From positions 1 to 64,000 of the forward strand of contig CAYOWP010000003.1 in the NCBI GenBank assembly GCA_964407715.1: DNA of 64,000 nt, written 5' to 3'. A model generated the notes under the pieces. The model was not told where the DNA came from and did no database searches. It worked only from the letters and a program-made list of their open reading frames with translations. Position numbers and translations under genes: made by a program. This stretch comes from an uncultured archaeon. Lineage in GTDB: Archaea; EX4484-52; JAADEF01. Below, piece by piece: positions 1 to 9,908 of the stretch (within the stretch, counting starts at the first letter, position 1; each line of letters begins with the position of its first letter).

Positions 1-64
1 AGTATAGAGAGGTAGTTCCACTTTTTGCTGCTCCTACTATTAGGAAGTTTGGAAATTTGTTCAT
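1..64 (-). CDS. Sulfotransferase, N-terminal fragment (runs off the window edge)
   Basis: Manual translation from ATG at 64: MNKFPNFLIVGAAKSGTTSLY, matching the sulfotransferase 5'-PSB motif (GxxKSGTT). Confidence 0.8.
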   Translation of the reverse strand, partial: MNKFPNFLIVGAAKSGTTSLY

Positions 65-101
65 AATTTTTACCCCCACAGATTATTATATAAAATGAGG
101 A

Positions 102-959
102 TCATCTTTTTCTCTTAACAAAAACAGCAAATAAGTTGAGCCCTTTTTTGGTTTGACTCTCCACTAGTTTGCCAAATGTTTTATCTAGTATCTTCAATAG
201 GATTTGAGAATTTATGGCAAAGAATCTATTAGATAGCAAACGTATATATAACTCAAAAGGAAATTTTCTTATATGATAATACCATTCCTGAATTTCAAAG
301 AACTTATTAACTTGCTCGCGTAAAAGATTATAATTGTAATGTCTATAATGCTTCTTAGGCTTCCTCATGAAAATTGAAGGAACAGTAATAATGAATATTT
401 CCTTATCATCCAACAATTTATGAAGCGCCTCAATGGTGGATTCTATATCTTTGTCTGGGATATGTTCAAGCACTTCCATAGCTACTATCACATCAAATTT
501 ATCTTTTAATTTTAATTTTCTCAAATCCTTGTCATATAACTCAACTATATCTCTGTTGTCATAAGTAAATGCTTTAGCAAATAATATTGCTCGCTCACTA
601 AGATCAACTCCAACTATCTTCTTTATTTTTAACATACCTTGATTATAAAGCTTAAGAATCTCCCATATAAGTCTTCCATCACCACACCCAAAATCTAAAA
701 TTCTTAAAGGTTTTCCAGTTTCATGATGATATTCTATAATCCTGCTCAAAACCTTCTTTAAGAGTATAGCAGAATATAACCGCAGATTATTAGAGAGATT
801 TACTTTATATGGAGAAAATGAGAATATATAATGATAAGGAAAACGATATTCTTGATCCTGCAATATAAACTTATCTATTTCTTCAGATGTGGTTCGCTTA
901 ACTCTTCTCATTATCTCACCATTTCTCTCATATCTAAATATCATCAAATTACCAAACAT
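102..959 (-). CDS. Class I SAM-dependent methyltransferase
   Basis: ILDFGCGDG motif I, GVDLS, FDVIVAMEVLEH; true start probably the ATG at 911 after GGTGAG. Confidence 0.85.
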   Translation of the reverse strand: MFGNLMIFRYERNGEIMRRVKRTTSEEIDKFILQDQEYRFPYHYIFSFSPYKVNLSNNLRLYSAILLKKVLSRIIEYHHETGKPLRILDFGCGDGRLIWEILKLYNQGMLKIKKIVGVDLSERAILFAKAFTYDNRDIVELYDKDLRKLKLKDKFDVIVAMEVLEHIPDKDIESTIEALHKLLDDKEIFIITVPSIFMRKPKKHYRHYNYNLLREQVNKFFEIQEWYYHIRKFPFELYIRLLSNRFFAINSQILLKILDKTFGKLVESQTKKGLNLFAVFVKRKR

Positions 960-1000
960 ATTTAAAATTTTAAAATAAAATGTTATATTTAGTGGTGCTT

Positions 1001-3430
1001 ATGAGTGGGAAGGAATCTGCTTTGGTATTGTGGTTTGATGAAATAGGTATCAAAGATGTTCCATTAGTAGGAGGAAAAAATGCATCCTTAGGAGAGATGT
1101 ACTCTAATCTAACAAAAAGAGGAATAAGAATTCCTAATGGCTTTGCAATTACAGCAACTGCTTACAGATATTTCCTGAAAGAGAACAACTTAGTAGAAAA
1201 AATAAAAGACATATTAAAGGATCTCGATACAAAAGATGTGGATAATTTACGTGAGAGGGGAAGAAAGGTAAGAGATGCTATACTCCATGCAGAATTTCCA
1301 CCGCGATTAAGAGATGTCATTGTTGATGCATATCTCAAGTTATCTCAAGAGTATAACACAGATTATGTAGATGTTGCTGTAAGAAGCTCTGCAACTGCAG
1401 AGGATTTGCCAGATGCAAGTTTCGCAGGTCAACAAGAGACATATCTTAACATACGCGGAATTCCTGCATTGTTAGATGCAGTAAAGAAATGCTTTGCATC
1501 TTTGTTCACTGACCGTGCCATAAGCTATAGAGAGGACAAAGGCTTTGATCACTTCTCAATTGCATTATCTGTTGGTGTGCAAAAGATGGTTAGATCAGAT
1601 TTAGGTGCAAGTGGAGTCATGTTTACCTTAGATACTGAGAGTGGATTTAGGGATGTGATATTAATAAATGCTGCATATGGCTTGGGGGAAAATGTGGTTA
1701 AAGGAGCTGTAAATCCTGACCAATATTATGTGTTTAAGCCAACTTTGCTTAAAGGTTATAAAGCTATTATCTCTAAAAGATTAGGAAAAAAGGAAAAGAA
1801 GATGATATATGCGCAAGACAGCATGCATCCAACAAAAAACATTGAAACTACTGAAAAAGAGAGAAATTCCTTTGCACTCACGGATGATGAGATTTTGGAG
1901 TTGGCAAGATGGGGAATAGAGATAGAAAAGTATTACTCCAAAAAATATGGTAGAGAGATGCCAATGGACATAGAATGGGCTAAAGATGGAGTTGATGGCG
2001 ATCTTTATATAGTACAGGCAAGACCAGAAACAGTACATAGTGTTAAAGATACCACAAAAATTGTGCAATACAAACTCAAAGGAAGTGGAAAAGTTCTTGT
2101 TAAAGGTTTAGCAGTTGGAGATAAAATAGCAAACGGTAAAGTCCATGTTATAGAAGATGTCTCAAAGATTAATGAATTCAGGGAAGGAGAAATTCTGGTA
2201 ACTGATATCACTGATCCAGATTGGGAACCAATCATGAAAATTGCATCTGCTATAATAACAAATAAAGGAGGAAGAACATCTCATGCTGCTATTGTGGCAA
2301 GAGAACTTGGTATCCCAGCGATTGTTGGCACAGGCAATGCAACAAAGATATTGAAAACTAATCAAGAAGTTACTGTTGACTGCTCCTCTGGTTATGAGGG
2401 TTATGTATATGATGGATTGATTGATTATGTCAAGGAAGAGATAGATGTTAGCGTTATACCAAAAACTAAAACAAAGATTATGATGAATATTGCAAATCCT
2501 GAACAGGCATTCAAATTGAGTTTCTTACCAAATGATGGAGTTGGATTAGCAAGGGAGGAGTTCATAATTAATTCTCATATTCGCATACATCCAAATGCCC
2601 TTTTAGATTATGAAAAATTAAAAAAGGATCCTAGTTATAGAGGCTTAGTAATGCAAATTGATGAGATTACTAAGGGATATGAAGATAAGGTGCAGTTCTA
2701 TATAGATAAGTTAGCAGAAGGAATTGCTTTAATTGCATCTGCCTTTTATCCAAAAGATGTGATTGTAAGATTCTCTGATTTTAAATCCAATGAGTATAAA
2801 AATTTGATTGGTGGACATTTATATGAGCCTGATGAAGAGAATCCCATGATTGGATGGAGAGGTGCTAGCAGATATTATGATGAACGATTTAAAAAAGCAT
2901 TTGCTTTAGAGATATTGGCAATAAAGAAAGTACGAGAGGAAATGGGATTGGATAATGTGATAGTAATGATACCTTTCTGTAGAACTGTAGAGGAAGGTAA
3001 AAAGGTTTTGGAGATAATGAAAGAATATGGGCTCGAGAGAGGTGCTAATGGTTTAAAGGTATATGTGATGGTTGAGATTCCAAGCAATGTTCTTCTCATA
3101 GATGAATTCAGCAAATATTTTGATGGTTTCTCTATCGGTAGCAACGACCTAACACAGCTTGTTTTGGGAGTGGATAGAGACTCAGCACTGGTTAGTCATG
3201 TATATAACGAAAGAAACACGGCAGTTAAAGAAATGATTTCCTTGGCGATTAAGGGAGCAAAAAGAAATGGAAGAAAAATTGGTATTTGTGGGCAAGCACC
3301 AAGCGATTTTCCTGAAATTGCTGAGTTTCTCGTAAGAGAGGGAATCGATAGCATCTCATTGAATCCAGATACTGTTGTGAAAACGAGATTCAGGATTAAA
3401 GAGGTTGAGGATAGTTTATCATCAAATTAA
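1001..3430 (+). CDS. ppsA: Phosphoenolpyruvate synthase
   Basis: VGGKNASLGEM, AVRSSATAEDLPDASFAGQQET, TSHAAIVARELG phospho-His motif, FSIGSNDLTQ; ORF track starts at 980 but ATG 1001 is more likely. Confidence 0.97.
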   Translation: MSGKESALVLWFDEIGIKDVPLVGGKNASLGEMYSNLTKRGIRIPNGFAITATAYRYFLKENNLVEKIKDILKDLDTKDVDNLRERGRKVRDAILHAEFPPRLRDVIVDAYLKLSQEYNTDYVDVAVRSSATAEDLPDASFAGQQETYLNIRGIPALLDAVKKCFASLFTDRAISYREDKGFDHFSIALSVGVQKMVRSDLGASGVMFTLDTESGFRDVILINAAYGLGENVVKGAVNPDQYYVFKPTLLKGYKAIISKRLGKKEKKMIYAQDSMHPTKNIETTEKERNSFALTDDEILELARWGIEIEKYYSKKYGREMPMDIEWAKDGVDGDLYIVQARPETVHSVKDTTKIVQYKLKGSGKVLVKGLAVGDKIANGKVHVIEDVSKINEFREGEILVTDITDPDWEPIMKIASAIITNKGGRTSHAAIVARELGIPAIVGTGNATKILKTNQEVTVDCSSGYEGYVYDGLIDYVKEEIDVSVIPKTKTKIMMNIANPEQAFKLSFLPNDGVGLAREEFIINSHIRIHPNALLDYEKLKKDPSYRGLVMQIDEITKGYEDKVQFYIDKLAEGIALIASAFYPKDVIVRFSDFKSNEYKNLIGGHLYEPDEENPMIGWRGASRYYDERFKKAFALEILAIKKVREEMGLDNVIVMIPFCRTVEEGKKVLEIMKEYGLERGANGLKVYVMVEIPSNVLLIDEFSKYFDGFSIGSNDLTQLVLGVDRDSALVSHVYNERNTAVKEMISLAIKGAKRNGRKIGICGQAPSDFPEIAEFLVREGIDSISLNPDTVVKTRFRIKEVEDSLSSN

Positions 3431-3446
3431 TGGAGCGTGACAAATT

Positions 3447-4103
3447 ATGGCAATAATTGATGAACAAACCAAGCAGCACTTAAAAAAAGATTTTGAAACA
3501 AAATTAAAAAATAACGTTAAAATCATATTTGTTAGTGGAAAGGATTGTGCCTCATGTGATAAGATTAGAGAGATATTAAAACTCTTGGATGAGGTTTCCA
3601 ATGGAAAAATAAACATAGAGGAATATGATTTTGATGAGAACAAAAAGATTGTTGAAGAATATAATGTAGAGATGTATCCTGCTTTGATTATAATCTCTGA
3701 ATATAACAAAACAGGAAACATAAAATTTTATGGTATCCCTGCTGGATATGAATTTATAAGTTTAATAGAGAGCATTTTTATGGTATCTCTTGGAAGAACA
3801 GCACTCTCTGATAACACAAAAAGCATAATCAAGGAGATAAGGAAACCTGTAAAGATACAGGTATTTGTTACTCCAACATGTCCGCATTGTCCAAGAGCTG
3901 TTATTATGGCACATCAATTGGCTATGGAAAACAAAAATATAGAATCTCATATGATAGAGGCAACAGAGTTTAGCGAGCTTTCTATGAAATATCATGTAAT
4001 GACAGTACCAAAAATAGTAATCAATGAGGGAAAAAGTGTATTTGAAGGCGCTTTACCTGAGCCATATTTTGTTCAAAAAGTAATTGAGGCTGTGAATGGA
4101 TGA
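3447..4103 (+). CDS. Protein disulfide oxidoreductase (two thioredoxin folds)
   Basis: CASC and CPHC motifs, FYGIPAGYEF, VPKIVIN, FEGALPE. Confidence 0.92.
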   Translation: MAIIDEQTKQHLKKDFETKLKNNVKIIFVSGKDCASCDKIREILKLLDEVSNGKINIEEYDFDENKKIVEEYNVEMYPALIIISEYNKTGNIKFYGIPAGYEFISLIESIFMVSLGRTALSDNTKSIIKEIRKPVKIQVFVTPTCPHCPRAVIMAHQLAMENKNIESHMIEATEFSELSMKYHVMTVPKIVINEGKSVFEGALPEPYFVQKVIEAVNG

Positions 4104-5122
4104 TTATCTTTCTTTTAATTTAAAAAATATAAACCCAAGAGCAAAACCAATGAAGGTATAACATGCAAAAATCAAAAATACTTCATTAAAAGAAAAAAAT
4201 TTCAATAGAGTTCCTGTTATAAAAGCTGCTAATGCACCATGCGTAGTTTCTATCTTTGCAATTGAAACACCATTAAATGTTTTACCTATGGACAGCAATA
4301 AACCACCTATCAAGAATATTAAAAAAGCATTTGCAAAAGCAAGAAGAAATAAAGAAACTACATAAAAAATATATGTAACTAAAAGACCTCGTATGGGTGA
4401 AGTTTTGTCCACAAATCTACCTGCTAAAGGTAACATAAACATTGCTATTGCCCCCATCATACCAAACACAAAACCTGTAGAGATATCTTTGTGAGTTAAG
4501 GAATATAACGCTAAAGGAAAGAGAATAGGCTCCATTGCCCAATGTGATTGGGTTACACCCTCGGTAAATATTCGGATAAATAAATATGGGTTATTAAATA
4601 TATGCTTAATAGTTCCCATGAAATTTGTTCGTATTTTTCTCTTGTTTCTACTAGCTGTAATAGGCTTTTTTATCAAGTATGGATGCACCTTAATCATAAA
4701 TAATAAAAGAATGACAACATATAGAACAAGTACTCCATAATATGGCCATCTTAATGTTCCATAATCTGATAACGCTCCTCCCATCATTGCACCACATGTT
4801 CCAGATATTGATCCAACAGAATACCGATATCCAGAAATCTCAGCAATATTTTTTCTCTTTGAAATTATATCTTGAAATATTGCATTGAAAACCACACCCA
4901 AAGATGCACCACCAAATGCCCATGCAAACTTTCCGATCACATATTGATACAGATTTATTGAGGTAGATGCCAATAAAGGAAACAATAAACCTATAAGAAG
5001 ACCGAAAATAAATGCTCTATCTTTTCCCCATAACACACTGATCCTGCCATAACTCCAAGACCAGAAATCAAAATAAGATATATAATTACCTTTGTATCTC
5101 TCCTTAATACTCTATGAGCCAT
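4104..5122 (-). pseudogene. MFS transporter, frameshifted and internally deleted
   Basis: MFS motifs (GGALSD, AGRFVDK) in 4104-5036; an upstream ATG at 5122 encodes a TM1-like segment (MAHRVLRRDTKVIIYLILISGLGVMAGSV) out of frame at GTGTG near 5036. Confidence 0.6.
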
Positions 5123-5145
5123 GAAATATTTACCTCCGCAATGAT

Positions 5146-6609
5146 TTATTCAGAAGACTCTTGACATGTCCTAAGCGCAGGGAATGCCATTATCTCTCTT
5201 ATTGTGCGCTGGTTCGTTAATATCAGAATTAATCTTTCTATGCCAATACCACATCCACCAGCAGGTGGCATACCATATTCCAATGCCTTGATGAAATCCT
5301 CATCTAATGGATGTTTCTCCTCAATCTCAGCTTTTTTTCTCATCTCCTCCTCAAATCTTTTCCTTTGCTCTATTGGATCATTAAGCTCTGAAAAAGCATT
5401 TGCTATCTCTAATCCGCCAATAAAAAGCTCAAATCTTTCCACAAAGCCCTCTTTTTCTCGATGATCCTTAGCCAATGGAGAAATCTCCTTAGGATAATCC
5501 AATATAAATGTTGGTTGAATCAATTTTTCCTCCACTTCTTCCTCAAATAATTTGGCTATAAGATAATTTCTACTTTCCTCTCTCAACAAAATATCTTTTT
5601 TCTCAAGAAGTTCTCTTATCTCCTCATTGGTCATATTTCTTACATCTATATCGCTGTACTTTAATAAAGCCTCTTCAAGACTCATTTTAGCAAACCTATT
5701 GAGGTTTATCTCATGCTCTTGATATTGAATCTTTAATGATCCATTAACCTTTTTTGTAACATGTTTAATTAGGTTTTCAGTAATCTTCATTATATCATAT
5801 AAATCGCTATATGCTTGATAAAACTCAAGGCTTAAAAACTCTGGGTTATGTGTTGCATCCATTCCCTCATTTCTAAAATTCTTTCCTATTTCATAAACTT
5901 TTTCAAATCCACCAATGAGCAATCTTTTTAGATATAACTCTGGTGCAATCCTGAGATAAAAATTCCTTTCTAATGCATTGTAATATGTAATAAAAGGTCT
6001 GGCATATGCTCCTCCATAAACAGGTTGAAGAACAGGAGTATCAATCTCGATGAATCCACGTTCATCCAAAAAATTTCTCATCTCCTTTATTATTTTATAT
6101 CTCTTTTTGAGAATTTCTCTCTTCTCAGGGTTAAATATAAAATCCAAGTATCTATGCCTATACTTATATTCAGGATCCTGAATTCCATGATATTTCTCAG
6201 GCAATGCTCTTATTGCCTTTGCTAAGATTTCAAAGGAACGTATTTCTATACTTTTTTCCCCTGTTTTTGTTAATGTACAAATCCCTTCTACACCTATGAA
6301 ATCTCCTCTATTCACATATTTCTTAAATATCTCAAATTTATCTGTAATATTTTTTCTTGCTATTAATTGTATTTCTCCTTCTTCATCTTGCAATTTCACA
6401 AATATAATGCTACCAAGATCTCTATAAGAAATTATTCTTCCTGCAGTTTTTACGGTTTTTTGAGATTTCATCAATTCTTTAAATGACAAAAGAATATACT
6501 TAACAGAATGTGTCTTTTCATATCTATAAGGATATGGATTAATGCCTTTTTCTCGCAGTTCCATTATTTTTCTAATATTGCTCTCTCTAACAAACTTTTC
6601 TCGGCTCAT
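5146..6609 (-). CDS. lysS: Lysyl-tRNA synthetase, class II
   Basis: OB fold, YLRIAPELYLKRL, FRNEGMDATHNPEF, ERFELF, GMPPAGGCGIGIERL. Confidence 0.97.
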   Translation of the reverse strand: MSREKFVRESNIRKIMELREKGINPYPYRYEKTHSVKYILLSFKELMKSQKTVKTAGRIISYRDLGSIIFVKLQDEEGEIQLIARKNITDKFEIFKKYVNRGDFIGVEGICTLTKTGEKSIEIRSFEILAKAIRALPEKYHGIQDPEYKYRHRYLDFIFNPEKREILKKRYKIIKEMRNFLDERGFIEIDTPVLQPVYGGAYARPFITYYNALERNFYLRIAPELYLKRLLIGGFEKVYEIGKNFRNEGMDATHNPEFLSLEFYQAYSDLYDIMKITENLIKHVTKKVNGSLKIQYQEHEINLNRFAKMSLEEALLKYSDIDVRNMTNEEIRELLEKKDILLREESRNYLIAKLFEEEVEEKLIQPTFILDYPKEISPLAKDHREKEGFVERFELFIGGLEIANAFSELNDPIEQRKRFEEEMRKKAEIEEKHPLDEDFIKALEYGMPPAGGCGIGIERLILILTNQRTIREIMAFPALRTCQESSE

Positions 6610-6692
6610 ATTAGGATATTTGAGAAATTATTTTTAAATATTTTTTTAAATTTTCGCATGTCTCTAATAATATTTTAAGGAGTCTTAAAAAT

Positions 6693-6763
6693 GCGCCGGT
6701 GGTCTAGAGGTATGATCCTGGCCTTCCAAGCCAGTGGCCCGGGTTCGAATCCCGGCCGGCGCA
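6693..6763 (+). tRNA. tRNA-Gly(TCC)
   Basis: Acceptor stem GCGCCGG/CCGGCGC, anticodon arm CTGGC-CTTCCAA-GCCAG, T loop GGTTCGAATCC; CCA not encoded. Confidence 0.96.
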
Positions 6764-6805
6764 TTGGATATGCTTGCTTTTGATCAGTAAGCAATCTCAA
6801 ATGTT

Positions 6806-8446
6806 TCATCTCAAACTTTTGTTCTTAAGTAAGTAAATCTCGAACATATGTTTATCTTTTACCTTTATAATAGTATATAGTTCTAAATGTTCCTTATTTT
6901 TTTGTTTAAATAATTGATAATTCTTGACAATGTCTTCTGAGTTAGGATCACGCAATGTGTTGTTAGTGGTAAATATGATGTATATGTGGTACATATTTAT
7001 AGATTCACCAAGATGTTTCAATACGCTATCGAAATATGAAAGAGGAAAAATATAATATCCTTTATAAACATATTTTCCTATATGCCAACTCTCCAAGAAG
7101 AAATTCATGCTCTCATCATAGAAAATTATAGTATTCTTATCATTCGAGAAAATATTATCAATGGATTTATCCAATGCTCTATATCCCATATCCCTAAAGA
7201 AATTAGATAAATATGAAGAAGAATCTATATTTAAATATATAAAATAGGCGATTACACAACCAACCGAGAAAATAAATAAGATATAATAAATACACCGCAT
7301 CTTATGAGATGTAAAAATTGTGTTTACTTTACTAAAAGCAAGTAAAATTAAAAGAAATAATGAAAAATTAAAAGGCAATAGATATCTATATGGAGAACCT
7401 ACAATAGCAAAAAACAATACAAAGAGAAAAAACAAACTAATTCCAAAAATATGAAAATAGTTTCTATATCCTCTAAACAAAAGATATAACAAAAATATTA
7501 AAGAGATAATAGATATGAGAAATATAGCAATGTCATTTTTAATATATCTAACAATCAGATTTTTTAAATTTGTTATATACATCGGAGAAAGGTTCTTAAA
7601 AAATATAGCATCTGGTCTCTTTGATTGTAAATGAAAAAGTCTACTAAATTGTAAATCCATATATCCTTTATGGATGTATAACAGGATATTATATATGTAG
7701 ATTGGGGAAATAATAGAAAGAAAAATAAAAATAGATTTGAAAAAAAGTTTAATATCTCTACTAAATACTAAATACAAAGAATAAAAATAAAAAGGAATTA
7801 AAATAAAGGAAGTATATTTCGTTAATATACTTAATGATAAAAAAAGAGTAGATAAAAGTAAATATTTATCTTTCCTTGTCTTAATAAAGGAAAAGTGATA
7901 ATAAGTAAATGCAGACATTAAACCAAAAAGTATTGGCTCTATAAATGCTGTTGTACAAAAACAGTAAAAAAATGTTGAGAGAATTAAAATAATAGATAAA
8001 AATATAGATTGAAATGGAGTAAAATTTAAAAATCGTGTCATAATAAGCAAGAGATAGTAAATTCCTATTAAAATAAAGAGCACACTCACATATCTCGAGG
8101 CCTCTATTGTAGGAGAGAATAATAATCCAAAATGTCGCACTAAGAAAGAGAAAATTGGATGATCATGATAATGTATCTTTCCCCACCAAGGAATGTCTCC
8201 ATTAAATATTACATAATTTGTGGCTTGACCGGCTGAGTAGATTCTATCAACCAAAAAGAGAGAACGTAATGTGTAATGTCCTTCATCAGATATAATATCA
8301 TAAGAATTTAGTTTAAAAGAAAAAAGAATAAACAAAACGAACAAATAAGAAAAAAAGATCAAAGTTTCCTTTTTTATTTTCAATTTTTTGATGTTTGATG
8401 GAGATTTAGAAGTCTTTCTTTTTTCTCTATCATTTGAATACTTCAT
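6806..8446 (-). CDS. GT-C fold membrane glycosyltransferase (ArnT/PMT-like)
   Basis: SDEGHY, DHP, LSILTKYT motifs and many TM helices; ATG 8446 preferred because the ORF-track start lies inside the MITE. Confidence 0.8.
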   Translation of the reverse strand: MKYSNDREKRKTSKSPSNIKKLKIKKETLIFFSYLFVLFILFSFKLNSYDIISDEGHYTLRSLFLVDRIYSAGQATNYVIFNGDIPWWGKIHYHDHPIFSFLVRHFGLLFSPTIEASRYVSVLFILIGIYYLLLIMTRFLNFTPFQSIFLSIILILSTFFYCFCTTAFIEPILFGLMSAFTYYHFSFIKTRKDKYLLLSTLFLSLSILTKYTSFILIPFYFYSLYLVFSRDIKLFFKSIFIFLSIISPIYIYNILLYIHKGYMDLQFSRLFHLQSKRPDAIFFKNLSPMYITNLKNLIVRYIKNDIAIFLISIISLIFLLYLLFRGYRNYFHIFGISLFFLFVLFFAIVGSPYRYLLPFNFSLFLLILLAFSKVNTIFTSHKMRCIYYILFIFSVGCVIAYFIYLNIDSSSYLSNFFRDMGYRALDKSIDNIFSNDKNTIIFYDESMNFFLESWHIGKYVYKGYYIFPLSYFDSVLKHLGESINMYHIYIIFTTNNTLRDPNSEDIVKNYQLFKQKNKEHLELYTIIKVKDKHMFEIYLLKNKSLR

Positions 8447-8515
8447 ATATAAAAACAAATAACAAAATTTTATAAATATTGAAAGGCATTTTGTAATGTT
8501 GACCCAAGCTTTATT

Positions 8516-8765
8516 GGCATTGTCCAATAATCCAATTATTTTTTGTTAAGCGAAAAGGTAACCTCTTAAAGAAGCGTATTAGAGCAGTTAATCTTATAGA
8601 GCTAATGCGATTGTGGGAGCAAATTTTTTCGTTAACAAATCTTCATCAAAAATTATTGGACAATTTGTTAACAGGAAGCATAGCCCTATTCAAAGGTTAA
8701 ACCGCTATAAATGCTATTTGCGTGTTAAGTTTCCGCTTAACAATAAAGAATTATCGGACAATGCT
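8516..8765. mobile_element. MITE, long form (250 bp), inverted relative to the 33417 copy
   Basis: Ends GGCATTGTCCAATAAT...ATTATCGGACAATGCT; flanks AGCTTTATT/AGTTTTATT (8/9 match); internal TIR copy. Confidence 0.85.
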
Positions 8766-8788
8766 AGTTTTATTTGAAATTCTTTATT

Positions 8789-9889
8789 TTATTTATTTTT
8801 ACTCAATATATAATATTTGTAGTATTCTGCAATAACTGTGGCTCCCATTATCATTATAATTGGCCCTAAAATAAATCCGGCTATACCAAAGACCATTGGA
8901 CCACCAAAGAAGCCTAAGAAGATTAGTAAAGGATGAACTTTGCTTTTATATGATCCCAGCACAGGTCTCAATACAACATCAGGGAATATATTCAAAACAA
9001 CAAGACCATAAATCAAAACTATGATTGAACTTATCACTTTTCCCTTAAGATATAAATAAAAGCTTACACCACCATAAACCATCCAACATCCCAAAATAGG
9101 AAGAAGTCCAAATAGACCAGTGAGCACAGCCCATACAATGGCATAGGGTATAGAAAAAGCATAATAGATAATATAAGCAAGAACTGTAATAATAATTGTA
9201 AGAGTGATATATGATATCACTAAAACATCTAAAGCATTTTTTAAGCCTTTAAAAATTGCATTTAACATTATTTGTCTTCTCTTGCTAAGACTTGAAACTA
9301 TCATTTCATAATGCTTATTAAATGAATCTCCCTCAATAATAAAATAATAAGTTGCTAAAAGATAAACCAAAACACTAATTAATATTTTTGGAATGTTCTG
9401 GAAAACATCAATTAGTGATATCTTAAAGGAATTTATCACCTCTGTAATCAAAGATTGTAAACTCATTATATGCTCAGGAACATTTAGACTTTGAAGTATA
9501 GGAATTTGACTTGCTTTATCACTTATCACATATAAAAGATTATTTAAAGAAAGCATAATCTCATTTGTTTTTTCAATAATGGATGCTGTACCAGATGCTG
9601 CATAATAAACAAATACTCCTGTAGGTATAATAATAAGCATAATTGTTAATAATAAAGACAAAACATATGACTTAACAACCTTTTTTATTAAATCAACTAA
9701 AGGTTTAAGAGAATATGCTGTTAGCAGAGCAAAAAGAAGTGCCGTAAAAAATGGCTTTATTATAATAAAAATTAAAACAGAAATTGCTATGAAAAGAATA
9801 AAGTCCATTAAGAAATCAAATTTATTTTCTTTTTTCTCTGAATATCTATTTTGGGATGGATTATCACTCATAAAATTTATAATATTCAC
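8789..9889 (-). CDS. AI-2E family (PerM-like) transporter
   Basis: AYSLKPL, GLLPILG, VLRP, HPLLIFLGFFGGPMVFGIAGFILGP. Confidence 0.9.
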   Translation of the reverse strand: MNIINFMSDNPSQNRYSEKKENKFDFLMDFILFIAISVLIFIIIKPFFTALLFALLTAYSLKPLVDLIKKVVKSYVLSLLLTIMLIIIPTGVFVYYAASGTASIIEKTNEIMLSLNNLLYVISDKASQIPILQSLNVPEHIMSLQSLITEVINSFKISLIDVFQNIPKILISVLVYLLATYYFIIEGDSFNKHYEMIVSSLSKRRQIMLNAIFKGLKNALDVLVISYITLTIIITVLAYIIYYAFSIPYAIVWAVLTGLFGLLPILGCWMVYGGVSFYLYLKGKVISSIIVLIYGLVVLNIFPDVVLRPVLGSYKSKVHPLLIFLGFFGGPMVFGIAGFILGPIIMIMGATVIAEYYKYYILSKNK

Positions 9890-9908
9890 TTAAATTATAT
9901 AAAATTTT

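Noticed and set aside
1781-3995. Short antisense ORFs in ppsA and the oxidoreductase (and similar ones across the window)
   Set aside because: Shadow ORFs opposite or inside well-supported genes
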